IMG/VR virus record: IMGVR_UViG_3300036770_000545
Span: 1-63,264 of that record
Reading direction: 5' to 3' (one strand)
From: a virus
Taxonomy: Duplodnaviria; Caudoviricetes
Length of the DNA stretch: 63,264 bases
In this document: positions 18,126 through 26,519 of the stretch, piece by piece
Position numbering within the stretch: position 1 is the first letter of the stretch
Layout of the letters: each line of letters opens with the position of its first letter
Program-made: the position numbers and the translations under genes
The notes under the pieces: model-generated
Seen by the model: the letters and a program-made list of their open reading frames with translations, nothing else
The model's database searches: none
Told to the model about the DNA's origin: nothing

Positions 18126-18449
18126 ATGGCAAGCACCCCTGAGAAGAAGGTCAAAGACCAAGTAGTCAAAACGCTGAAGGCAAATAGCGTGTACTATTTT
18201 TTCCCTGCTACTTACGGCATGGGGCGGTCAGGTGTGCCAGACATCATCTGTTGCGTTGAGGGGCGCTTCCTTGCTATCGAGTGCAAGGCAGGCAAGAACA
18301 AGCCCACGGCGCTACAGGAGCGGGAGATGTCTGCGATTGTATCTGCTGGTGGGAGTGCAATAGTGGTTAACGAAGAGAACCTACATGAAGTAGGTCAGAT
18401 ACTACAACTACTCAAGGAATACGATGGACGACCCAATACTGACGATTAG
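18126..18449 (+). CDS. VRR-NUC domain nuclease
   Basis: E..VK, SGVPDII, FLAIECK, PTALQ motifs. Confidence 0.9.
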   Translation: MASTPEKKVKDQVVKTLKANSVYYFFPATYGMGRSGVPDIICCVEGRFLAIECKAGKNKPTALQEREMSAIVSAGGSAIVVNEENLHEVGQILQLLKEYDGRPNTDD

Positions 18450-18801
18450 AAACAAAGGCGTTCAGATTCTACTGAACCGCATGGAGTCTAACCCCGAAGA
18501 GTTTACGGCTAGACCTAACAGAACATTGATGGCAGAAAACAGGTGGGAGTGGGTTATTGATAAGGTGATAAACCGAATCGACAACAACCACAAGAACACC
18601 GACAACTACCGAATGCAATTACGCTTTCTCACTAACGAGGAAGTGGAAGCCCTGTACGACAAGTATATGTCTATCCAAGGTGAGGCGTTTACAAAAGCCA
18701 TCATGCAAGAACTACTTGAAGAGGCTAACGAAAGAGAGCAAGAGGCTAACATTGTTAGGTCTGCTCCGATGATGGTCGCCAATTCTCCTCGCGTCCGATG
18801 A
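18424..18801 (+). CDS. Hypothetical protein
   Basis: 125 aa, AAGGA SD. Confidence 0.7.
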   Translation: MDDPILTIRNKGVQILLNRMESNPEEFTARPNRTLMAENRWEWVIDKVINRIDNNHKNTDNYRMQLRFLTNEEVEALYDKYMSIQGEAFTKAIMQELLEEANEREQEANIVRSAPMMVANSPRVR

Positions 18802-18847
18802 TAGTGACCAAAAAGAGTGGTACTCAACAACAAGGCGGTGCAAGCAC

Positions 18848-20671
18848 ATGCAAATTTTAACGATAGATTTTGAAACTTTTTACGACCGGGACTTTTCCCT
18901 GTCAAAAATGACTACGGAGGAGTACATCCGTTCAGAGCAGTTTGAAACGATTGGTGTGGCTGTCAAGGTTGGTGACGGAAAGACAGAGTGGTTTAGTGGT
19001 ACTCACCAAGACACACTGGAATTCTTGTGGAAATTTGACTGGGAGAACTCAATTGCGCTTGCACACAATGCTATGTTCGATATGGCAATCCTCAATTGGC
19101 GCTTTGGCATCTCTCCTAAAAAGATTGCTGATACTTTATCTATGGCCCGGGCGATACACGGAACCGAAGTCGGAGGAAGCCTTGCCGCACTGGCGTCACA
19201 TTATCAACTCGGAACAAAAGGAACGGAGGTAGTCAATGCGCTGGGCAAAAGACGAATTGATTTTTCTCCTGAAGATATGTCCCGGTACGGTGATTACTGT
19301 ATTAACGATGTCAATCTTACTTACGATCTTTTTGGTTGTCTTGTTGCTGACTTTCCCGTAAGCGAACTTAATCTGATTGACCTTACGATACGGATGTTCA
19401 CCGAACCCGTACTGGAACTCGACAAAAACATTTTGAAAGGGCACTTGCGTGAAGTGCAAGACTCCAAGGCTCGGCTCATGGAGGGTATTGACGAGAACCG
19501 CGATGTGCTGATGAGCAACCCACAGTTTGCTGAACTGTTACGCAAGCAGGGCGTTGAACCCCCCATCAAGATTAGTCCCCTTACAAACAAAGAAACCTAC
19601 GCTTTCTCCAAGACTGACGAGGAGTTCAAGGCGTTACTAGAGCATGAAAACGAGGCGGTGCAAGCCCTTGTTGCGGCTCGGTTGGGAGTCAAGTCAACCA
19701 TCGAAGAGACACGCACCCAACGATTTATTGAGATTGCGGATCGGGGTTTACTACCCATCCCCCTACGCTACTATGCGGCACACACGGGGCGTTGGGGTGG
19801 TGATGACAAGGTCAACATGCAGAACCTTCCTCGGACCTCTCCGCTTAAACGTGCCATCCTCGCACCGAAGAACTACAAGATAATTGACTCCGACTCCTCA
19901 CAAATTGAAGCCCGTACGCTGGCATGGCTGGCAGAGCAGAACGACTTGGTCGATGCTTTCGACAAAGGTGAGGACGTTTACAGGATTATGGCTTCTGCCA
20001 TCTACGGCAAAGACATAGATCAGATTAACAAAGATGAGCGGTTTGTAGGCAAGACAACAATTCTCGGTGCGGGATACGGCATGGGGCCTGCTAAGTTTCG
20101 TACTCAGTTAAAAGTCTTTGGCGTTGACCTTTCGGAAGATGAGTGCAAACGCATCATCTCGGTGTATCGAGAGACTTACCCCCGCATCCCACTGTTGTGG
20201 AAAGAAGCAAGCAATGCGTTGCTAGCCATAGCAAACGAGCAGACCGCCCCACTGGGAAGAGCAGGAGTGCTTGCTGTGGAGGGGAGCAAAGGTATTAAGT
20301 TGCCTAACGGGCTATACGTTAAGTACCCAAACCTGCGGCGTTGGGTCAATGACCAAGGTAAAGAAGAACTGGTGTACGACACAAAGCGTGGCAAAGCGGT
20401 GATTCCCAACCGCATCTACGGGGGCAAAGTAATTGAGAACGTGTGTCAAGCCCTTGCGCGTATCGCCATCGGTGAGCAGATGTTAATGATCTCTAAAAAG
20501 TACCGCGTGGTCATGACGGTACATGACGCTATCGCTTGCATAGTCCCCGAACATGAAGGAGAAACGGGGCAAGAGTTTGTAGAAATGTGCATGCGTATTC
20601 GCCCCAAGTGGGCACCTGACCTTCCGCTGAACTGCGAGTCTGGCGTAGGTCGTTCTTATGGAGACTGTTGA
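18848..20671 (+). CDS. DNA polymerase family A with 3'-5' exonuclease
   Basis: Exo IDFET, HNAMFD, YCIND; HTGRW; motif A DSSQIEAR; motif B RFVGKTTILGAGYG; motif C VHDA. Confidence 0.95.
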   Translation: MQILTIDFETFYDRDFSLSKMTTEEYIRSEQFETIGVAVKVGDGKTEWFSGTHQDTLEFLWKFDWENSIALAHNAMFDMAILNWRFGISPKKIADTLSMARAIHGTEVGGSLAALASHYQLGTKGTEVVNALGKRRIDFSPEDMSRYGDYCINDVNLTYDLFGCLVADFPVSELNLIDLTIRMFTEPVLELDKNILKGHLREVQDSKARLMEGIDENRDVLMSNPQFAELLRKQGVEPPIKISPLTNKETYAFSKTDEEFKALLEHENEAVQALVAARLGVKSTIEETRTQRFIEIADRGLLPIPLRYYAAHTGRWGGDDKVNMQNLPRTSPLKRAILAPKNYKIIDSDSSQIEARTLAWLAEQNDLVDAFDKGEDVYRIMASAIYGKDIDQINKDERFVGKTTILGAGYGMGPAKFRTQLKVFGVDLSEDECKRIISVYRETYPRIPLLWKEASNALLAIANEQTAPLGRAGVLAVEGSKGIKLPNGLYVKYPNLRRWVNDQGKEELVYDTKRGKAVIPNRIYGGKVIENVCQALARIAIGEQMLMISKKYRVVMTVHDAIACIVPEHEGETGQEFVEMCMRIRPKWAPDLPLNCESGVGRSYGDC

Positions 20672-21018
20672 TGGACATTAACAAGATGATTGACTTTACT
20701 GAACCCTACATGGAAGTTAAAAAAGGAATGGCAAAAGTTCATGAAGCCATGCTTGAAGGGCGGTATATAGATGCAAAGCTTGCCGCCGTGAACGCACTAG
20801 CCGATATGAAACTTATGTTGAACGCAATCATTATTGAGGAAGAAACTTGCAAAAACAAAAACTTCATCCCTCGGGGATGACATGGGAACGCTGGAACTGG
20901 CCCTTTAAAACGCCAGAAGAGCGCAAGCTGGTAACGAAGTACTTCAAAGAGCAGTACCAAAACGAGAAGCGTGAGCAACTCGACAACTTTCAATCTGCAC
21001 CCTTTTAGGAGCGAACAA

Positions 21019-21453
21019 ATGAAAAGAGCAACAAGGCGTACTAAAGTCATCAATTTTATTAAAGACAACCCTGACGTTGCAGTTAAAGACGTAGCTAAAA
21101 AGTTTCGGTTGGCTGTCCCGACTATCTACAACATACGCAAGCAAGCGTTGACGGTGGCGGTAGACACCTCGGATGTGCTTACTCAAGAACAAGCTAACGC
21201 AGTTTATCAATCGACATCTAAACGCGCCAAAGCAGACTCTGTGCAATTTGGTGGAGATCACTACGTAGCACTAGGTGTTCAGCCTTGGGCTGCAATGGAA
21301 GCGTGGATGTCTCCCGAAGCGTTTGCCGGTTTCTTGCGTGGTAACGTAATTAAGTACATTGCCCGTACTGAAAAGAAAGGTGGCGTAGAAGATTTACAAA
21401 AAGCTCGCCACTACTTAGACAAACTCATAGAGCTAGTAGAAGCTCACCAGTAA
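21019..21453 (+). CDS. HTH fused to DUF3310 (T7 gp1.7-like nucleotide kinase family)
   Basis: N-terminal VKDVAKKFRLAVPTIYNIR; GGDHY, GNVIKYIAR, KGGVEDLQKARHYL. Confidence 0.85.
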   Translation: MKRATRRTKVINFIKDNPDVAVKDVAKKFRLAVPTIYNIRKQALTVAVDTSDVLTQEQANAVYQSTSKRAKADSVQFGGDHYVALGVQPWAAMEAWMSPEAFAGFLRGNVIKYIARTEKKGGVEDLQKARHYLDKLIELVEAHQ

Positions 21454-21818
21454 TAAAGGAAAGCCCATGAACCAACTTCTGATTAACGCGGTTGAACTTA
21501 ACGCAATGGTGCAAGAGATTAAAGACTTGAAGTCTGAGAATCTTAGATTGAAGCGCCTTCTGGATGAGGAACGTCAGCGCGTGAAACTGTTAACAGACGA
21601 GGTGGCATGGGCTGAGAACGGCTACACCAAGAAGGGGGAAGAAAAGTGAAAGACATCGACATGGTTGAAAAGCTGAAGTTGTTTGAGGACACCATGCAAG
21701 TGGTCGATCACTTGAGGATTGCTGGTGAGAAGAACAGTGCCAAGCACCTTCACGAGTTGTGGACACTAGCCAAGCATTTAGGCGCCGAGGTTAAGAGGTT
21801 ACGCAAGGAGAAACAAGC

Positions 21819-22142
21819 ATGAAAGCTCTATTGGCTGGACTGATGTTTGTGTGCACAAGCGTTAGTGCGCAGTATCAAAGTGGCAATGATCTATATAAAG
21901 ACCTCAACTCTTCAAGTGCTCAGCTTAATATGTATGCACTAGGTTATGTCATTGGTGTTGCGGATTCCATCCTAAACATTGCCGTGTGCATTCCTCCTAG
22001 TGTTACGCAGGGGCAGTTGCAAGATGTGATGAAGAACTACTTGCATGCCAATCCTCAGAACAGAGACGTGTCCGCTCATATGTTGGTCATCGCGGCCTTA
22101 GCCCAACACTGGCCCTGCGAAAATAGGAGGAAAAAGTCGTGA
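21819..22142 (+). CDS. Exported Rap1a/Tai-like immunity family protein
   Basis: Signal peptide; SGNDLY, GYVIGVAD, CIP..VTQGQL, YL.ANP..R, AL...WPC. Confidence 0.75.
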   Translation: MKALLAGLMFVCTSVSAQYQSGNDLYKDLNSSSAQLNMYALGYVIGVADSILNIAVCIPPSVTQGQLQDVMKNYLHANPQNRDVSAHMLVIAALAQHWPCENRRKKS

Positions 22143-22348
22143 GCAACAAAGACACAATCATCGAGGCTTTGACGATGCAATTGAAAATTGAGCGTGAAGG
22201 AAACTTTGCCCTTGCAAAGCTTGCAAAGCGTGAATGGGTTGGATTTACGCACGAAGAACTTGCTTGGCTAAACGAGGCTTTGAATCTTGGCGGTCGGCTT
22301 GCGGTTATTGAAGCCATCGAAGCCAAACTAAAGGAGAAGAACACATGA
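22139..22348 (+). CDS. Small modular protein (REWVG..AIEAKLKEKNT)
   Basis: Shares its C-terminal module with 23937-24383. Confidence 0.65.
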   Translation: MSNKDTIIEALTMQLKIEREGNFALAKLAKREWVGFTHEELAWLNEALNLGGRLAVIEAIEAKLKEKNT

Positions 22349-22677
22349 GCGACAGATGGATAGCAAAAACTAGAGATGGGTGGTACGCAGTTGGTGAAGG
22401 TGATGTGGAGATTGCGTACTGTAAAAACAGGGGTGATGCGTTGGTGCTCAAGAAGTTAGAGAGTGGCAGTCCAAGACTACGCCGCGTAGGTGAACCCGCT
22501 ACGCTAATAATGTTTGCACATGGAGCGCCAGTGCAGATATACAGGACAGGACAGCGTGGTGTTGTAGCCGGACGCACTGGTGATAACAAGATAATCATTA
22601 ATGGTGAGAACGGACAGATACATAAGTTCCACCCAAGCACTCGTGCCATTCCATTAGACGAAGCGGTGACACTATGA
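22345..22677 (+). CDS. Hypothetical protein
   Basis: ATGA-coupled ORF, AAGGAG SD. Confidence 0.65.
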   Translation: MSDRWIAKTRDGWYAVGEGDVEIAYCKNRGDALVLKKLESGSPRLRRVGEPATLIMFAHGAPVQIYRTGQRGVVAGRTGDNKIIINGENGQIHKFHPSTRAIPLDEAVTL

Positions 22678-22906
22678 CTAAAGAAGAAATTTTAATAATT
22701 GCTGACGCTGCTGGTATCTGTAAGAAAAACTCTACGTACGGGTGTTCTTGGAATGACCTGCGTAGGTTTGCACAAATGGTAAAAGAGCGAGACATGGTTA
22801 AGTTAACCGATAAAGAAGTCCATCAGATCCTTGACGATAACCTAGAAGGTGGGAGTCTAGTCGATATATGCCGAGCAGTAGAGGCCGCAGTTATAAGGAG
22901 AAACAC

Positions 22907-23107
22907 ATGAACGTATTCAAACTGATCGAGGACCATGGACTGACCCTGCATGGTGACATCGAACACTTTGCCGAGTTGGTTCGGGCAGAGGAGCGTGAGG
23001 CGTGTGCGAAGTTGCTTGAGAATGGTAGGTTTTTGCATGATGAAGCACCAGCCAAAATACTAGCCAAAGAAGCCGCCAAAGCAATCCGAAAAAGGGGTGA
23101 GAGATGA
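22907..23107 (+). CDS. Small EREACA-motif protein
   Basis: AAGGAG SD; FAELVRAEEREACAK. Confidence 0.65.
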   Translation: MNVFKLIEDHGLTLHGDIEHFAELVRAEEREACAKLLENGRFLHDEAPAKILAKEAAKAIRKRGER

Positions 23108-23361
23108 CTGACAAACTCCAAAAAATGCTTATGGATTCGTACGACGCGGGGGTGGCTGATGCACGAGAGGCGGCAATAGAAGCGCTTGAAGTCGTAGTTA
23201 AAAAGGCTGTTGAGGAAGAGCGAGAAGCCTGCGCTGAGATTTGCGATGGGATTTCAGAGTATTACGAAACCAGAACTGATTTGAACCAAACGCAGAAACA
23301 AGTTGGGCAGTTAGCGGCTGAAGTATGCGGCGTGAGAATAAGGGAAAGGGGTGAGACATGA
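23104..23361 (+). CDS. Small EREACA-motif protein
   Basis: AVEEEREACAEIC...IRERGE, paralogous to previous ORF. Confidence 0.65.
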   Translation: MTDKLQKMLMDSYDAGVADAREAAIEALEVVVKKAVEEEREACAEICDGISEYYETRTDLNQTQKQVGQLAAEVCGVRIRERGET

Positions 23362-23575
23362 AAACCAAAATCGAAACCCTTGGACGGTGGGGTGCTGAGG
23401 CTTGCCTTCACTCTGCCCTTGAAGAAGTCAGCCACCTCGATGCCGTGATTGTAGTAACGATGCGAGGTGATGGCCCTCCGAAGTGGTGGACTGCCAATGT
23501 CAAAACATCTACTGCGCTACTAATGGTTGAGTGCGTTAAACAAAAAGTAATGGACGACATGAAGGAGGGAAGACA

Positions 23576-23935
23576 ATGAGCAATCCATACCAAGAGTATC
23601 AAGCCAACACAATTTATACGAGGGAGAATGACATGGGCTACAGCACACAAACACGACTCGGAGCGCATATTGATCCGGATATTGCACGACAGCCTTCGCA
23701 AGTAGAAACGCAAGTTGCAGAGTTGCGTATGAACCTTGAGGTGTTAGAAAAAACAATCGCTGAATTGTCTGACCGCATACGCCCCGTATTAAACGAAAGT
23801 GTTTTGTTAGACCCCTACCCTAAAGAAGAGGTACGCCCAATGTCTGCCGTTGCCACTGCATTTTGGGAAACCAACAATCGTGTGTTTAGTGCCACCCGCA
23901 ACATCCAAGCAATCCTTAAGAGGCTGGAGGTTTAG
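23576..23935 (+). CDS. Hypothetical coiled-coil protein
   Basis: 119 aa, GGAGG SD. Confidence 0.65.
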   Translation: MSNPYQEYQANTIYTRENDMGYSTQTRLGAHIDPDIARQPSQVETQVAELRMNLEVLEKTIAELSDRIRPVLNESVLLDPYPKEEVRPMSAVATAFWETNNRVFSATRNIQAILKRLEV

Positions 23936-23936
23936 C

Positions 23937-24383
23937 ATGAGCATCTCAGCAATGAAGCAAGCATTGGAGGCTTTGGAAGATATTTGGGGTTGTTTGCCCA
24001 CAAAAAAAGCGTGGCCTCAAGATCAAGTTGATGAAGCAATCCAAACACTACGCCAAGCCATCGCAGAGGCAGAGAAGCAAGAGCCTGTGGCGTGGATTGT
24101 AGATGGAGAAATAAAAGTGAGACTGGATATGGCGGGGAAACTGTACTACTCCGAAACCAATGTTTATGCCGCACCTGTACACGCCAGCGACATACCGCAA
24201 GAATGTGTCGATGAAACGGCAAAAGATCGACATGAGTTTGAGTGCCCGAGGTGTGGGCATTGTTGCCAACAGCGTGAATGGGTTGGGCTGACAGATGAGG
24301 AACGACACGAATTAAATAATTTTCGTGGTCTTATGCCGTTTATTCACGCCATCGAAGCCAAACTAAAAGAGAAGAACACATGA
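23937..24383 (+). CDS. Modular protein (MKQALEAL, QEPVAW, CPRCGHCC, REWVGLTDEE)
   Basis: GGAGG SD; mosaic of short modules. Confidence 0.7.
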   Translation: MSISAMKQALEALEDIWGCLPTKKAWPQDQVDEAIQTLRQAIAEAEKQEPVAWIVDGEIKVRLDMAGKLYYSETNVYAAPVHASDIPQECVDETAKDRHEFECPRCGHCCQQREWVGLTDEERHELNNFRGLMPFIHAIEAKLKEKNT

Positions 24384-24956
24384 CCAACTACGACCGATGG
24401 AAACTTGCAACCCCTGACTACTTGGAGGATACGGATGGAAAAGAAGAAGCGTTACACGGTGACTTCATTGGCGGCGAAGATTGGGAAGAGCCGACCAGCG
24501 GGGGCAAGCCTGATACGGCGCATGGTGAGGGACGGGCTGGCTGAACTTGTTGAGGTGCTACCCCTCAGCGTCGAGAACCCCAGGACCAAAGTGCACGTCT
24601 ACGAGTTGTTCATAGAGCCAGAGCGTTACATGGACGGCATGCGACTACCCGAGCCGAGGATTCCAAAGAGTACGTACTACAACAACCCGTTTAATTTAAA
24701 GGAGGTACGAAATGCGCAATACACTGAGTAATTTCACTCAATGGTTTCTCATAGTGCTTGCCATGCTTGGCTGTTTGATGCTGGGCACGTGGCACGGCAA
24801 AAGTTTGGGCGAAGCCCAAGCAATCTTAGAGTACGAGGTTGGTTATGACGCTGGTTGGAAGGCTGCGTTGTACGACCGGCCCGTCAATGAAGAACTTGAG
24901 ATGGTGTGTCTCGGGTTGTGGATTGCTTCACTTCCTGAAAGAAAGGACGCGCGGCT

Positions 24957-25145
24957 ATGAAGAAAATTGAGGACAAAGTCCTTGATTACTTAAAAGACCA
25001 CAAGAAACCTGCAACGGTTAAACAGTTGGCTAAATACTTTATTGTAAGCGAGGGGTCAGTGCAGAGGGCGCTAGCGGATTTAGTCGGGCGCAACATAGTG
25101 CAGATCGTGCCAAAGAGTAGGCCATACTTATACAGAAGTGTGTAA
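24957..25145 (+). CDS. Winged-HTH protein
   Basis: VLDYLK...TVKQLAKYFIVSEGSVQRALADL. Confidence 0.75.
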   Translation: MKKIEDKVLDYLKDHKKPATVKQLAKYFIVSEGSVQRALADLVGRNIVQIVPKSRPYLYRSV

Positions 25146-25178
25146 GATCAAAAGTTTGCACCAATACGAGCATACAAA

Positions 25179-25844
25179 ATGACTACATGGTCTTACTCCT
25201 CACTCAAAACTTTTGAGCAGTGCCCCAAAAAGTACTACCACTTACGGGTAGTTAAAGATGTTAAAGACGAAGGTAGTGAAGCAACGCTGTATGGGCAAGA
25301 GTTACACAAAGCCGCTGAGGACTACCTCAAAGAAGGCAAGCCCATCCCACCCAAGTTTCAGTTTATTCAGGACGTAGTAAATGCCATCAAAGATATTCCT
25401 GGCGAAAAACACTGCGAGTTAAAACTTGGTGTGAAGCGAACGGACGCTGGCTACGAGCCCTGTGGCTTCTTTGATAAGGACGTTTGGTGGCGGGGCATCG
25501 GTGACGTGGTTGTACTACAAGATGATGTTGCCTTCTCTCTTGATTACAAGACCAGCAAAAATGCTAAGTATGCAGACCTCAAACAGTTGGACGTACTTGC
25601 CGCCGCCCTATTCACGCACTTCCCCCAGGTCAAAAAAGTCAAGTCTGCCTTGGCGTTCGTGGTGAGCAACGAGTTCATCCACAAAGAACATTTTGCCGAC
25701 ATGCGGGACTCGTACTTTGCTACGTTCGAACCAGAACTAGATCGACTTGCTGCTGCTGAAGAATCAGGAGTATGGAACACCAACACTGGACCGCTGTGTA
25801 AGTTCTGCCCAGTCCACCACTGCGAACACAACAGGAGACGATAA
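25179..25844 (+). CDS. PD-(D/E)XK exonuclease (Cas4/RecB-like)
   Basis: SYSSL..FEQCP, G..LH, GIGD, DYKT, QL, CKFCP....C. Confidence 0.88.
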   Translation: MTTWSYSSLKTFEQCPKKYYHLRVVKDVKDEGSEATLYGQELHKAAEDYLKEGKPIPPKFQFIQDVVNAIKDIPGEKHCELKLGVKRTDAGYEPCGFFDKDVWWRGIGDVVVLQDDVAFSLDYKTSKNAKYADLKQLDVLAAALFTHFPQVKKVKSALAFVVSNEFIHKEHFADMRDSYFATFEPELDRLAAAEESGVWNTNTGPLCKFCPVHHCEHNRRR

Positions 25845-26230
25845 TGGGCCTCATCCCTGAAGAGACCGACATAAAAAACCCTGAGTTTGAATACGGCAAC
25901 AAGGATGTGATGGCCTTGGAACTTGCAGTACAGTTTGGCGAAAACAAAGGGAAAGCTACGAAATCGACTCTAACTTTTCGCACCTCTAACATCGGTGGGT
26001 ACGACATGAAAGTGATGATTGGGGAGGGTTATGACTACAAGAATAAAAAACACTGCTGGAGTGGCCCGTACGAAATGGGCGAAATTTCAATTGAGTTTAC
26101 TGGTGAGTACGAGCGCGACATACTTATTGCCGCTTTTCAGAAAATAGGATTGCTGAGTTCATTGACGTACGGCAAAATAACCCATAGCCCCTTTGAACCC
26201 CCCGAGGAAGAACGAGATGCCATACGTTAA
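25844..26230 (+). CDS. Hypothetical protein
   Basis: 128 aa, TAATG coupling, AGGAG SD. Confidence 0.7.
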   Translation: MGLIPEETDIKNPEFEYGNKDVMALELAVQFGENKGKATKSTLTFRTSNIGGYDMKVMIGEGYDYKNKKHCWSGPYEMGEISIEFTGEYERDILIAAFQKIGLLSSLTYGKITHSPFEPPEEERDAIR

Positions 26231-26519
26231 CAAGCCCCGCCCGTACAAAAAAGAGTACGAACAGTACCAAGGCACCGAAGAACAAAAGAAAAATCGGGCC
26301 ATGCGCAACGCCGCACGACGCAAAGCAATCCGTGAAGGCAAAGTCAAGAAGGGTGACGGCAACGACATTGCTCACAAACTAGCCATATCAAAAGGTGGTA
26401 CAAATGGAACAGGGACTAAGGTAGAATCCAAGTCCAAAAACCGGTCTTTTGACCGGGACTCCAAGAACAAGCTGGTATCGGAACTAAGTCCAAGAGAGCG
26501 AAAGCGTGCGAATAGTTGA
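26217..26519 (+). CDS. HNH-like endonuclease
   Basis: RNAARRK...GDGNDIAHK..ISKGGTN...NRS. Confidence 0.65.
   Translation: MPYVNKPRPYKKEYEQYQGTEEQKKNRAMRNAARRKAIREGKVKKGDGNDIAHKLAISKGGTNGTGTKVESKSKNRSFDRDSKNKLVSELSPRERKRANS

Larger units (their letters stand above)
8905..18758. repeat. Dispersed 13-bp palindrome CTAACANTGTTAG, 19 perfect copies
   Basis: Starts at 8905, 9025, 9599, 9677, 9780, 9915, 10353, 10632, 11930, 12432, 12922, 13642, 14121, 15118, 15912, 16697, 17407, 18030, 18746; one-mismatch copies at 10220, 11131, 13242. Confidence 0.97.

Noticed and set aside
8905-18758. Palindromes as by-products of a repeated peptide or as REP/MITE elements
   Set aside because: They occur in different reading frames and in intergenic DNA, and their flanks are not conserved
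25179-25844. Cas4 as evidence of a CRISPR system
   Set aside because: Stand-alone PD-(D/E)XK nuclease in the replication module, common in phages
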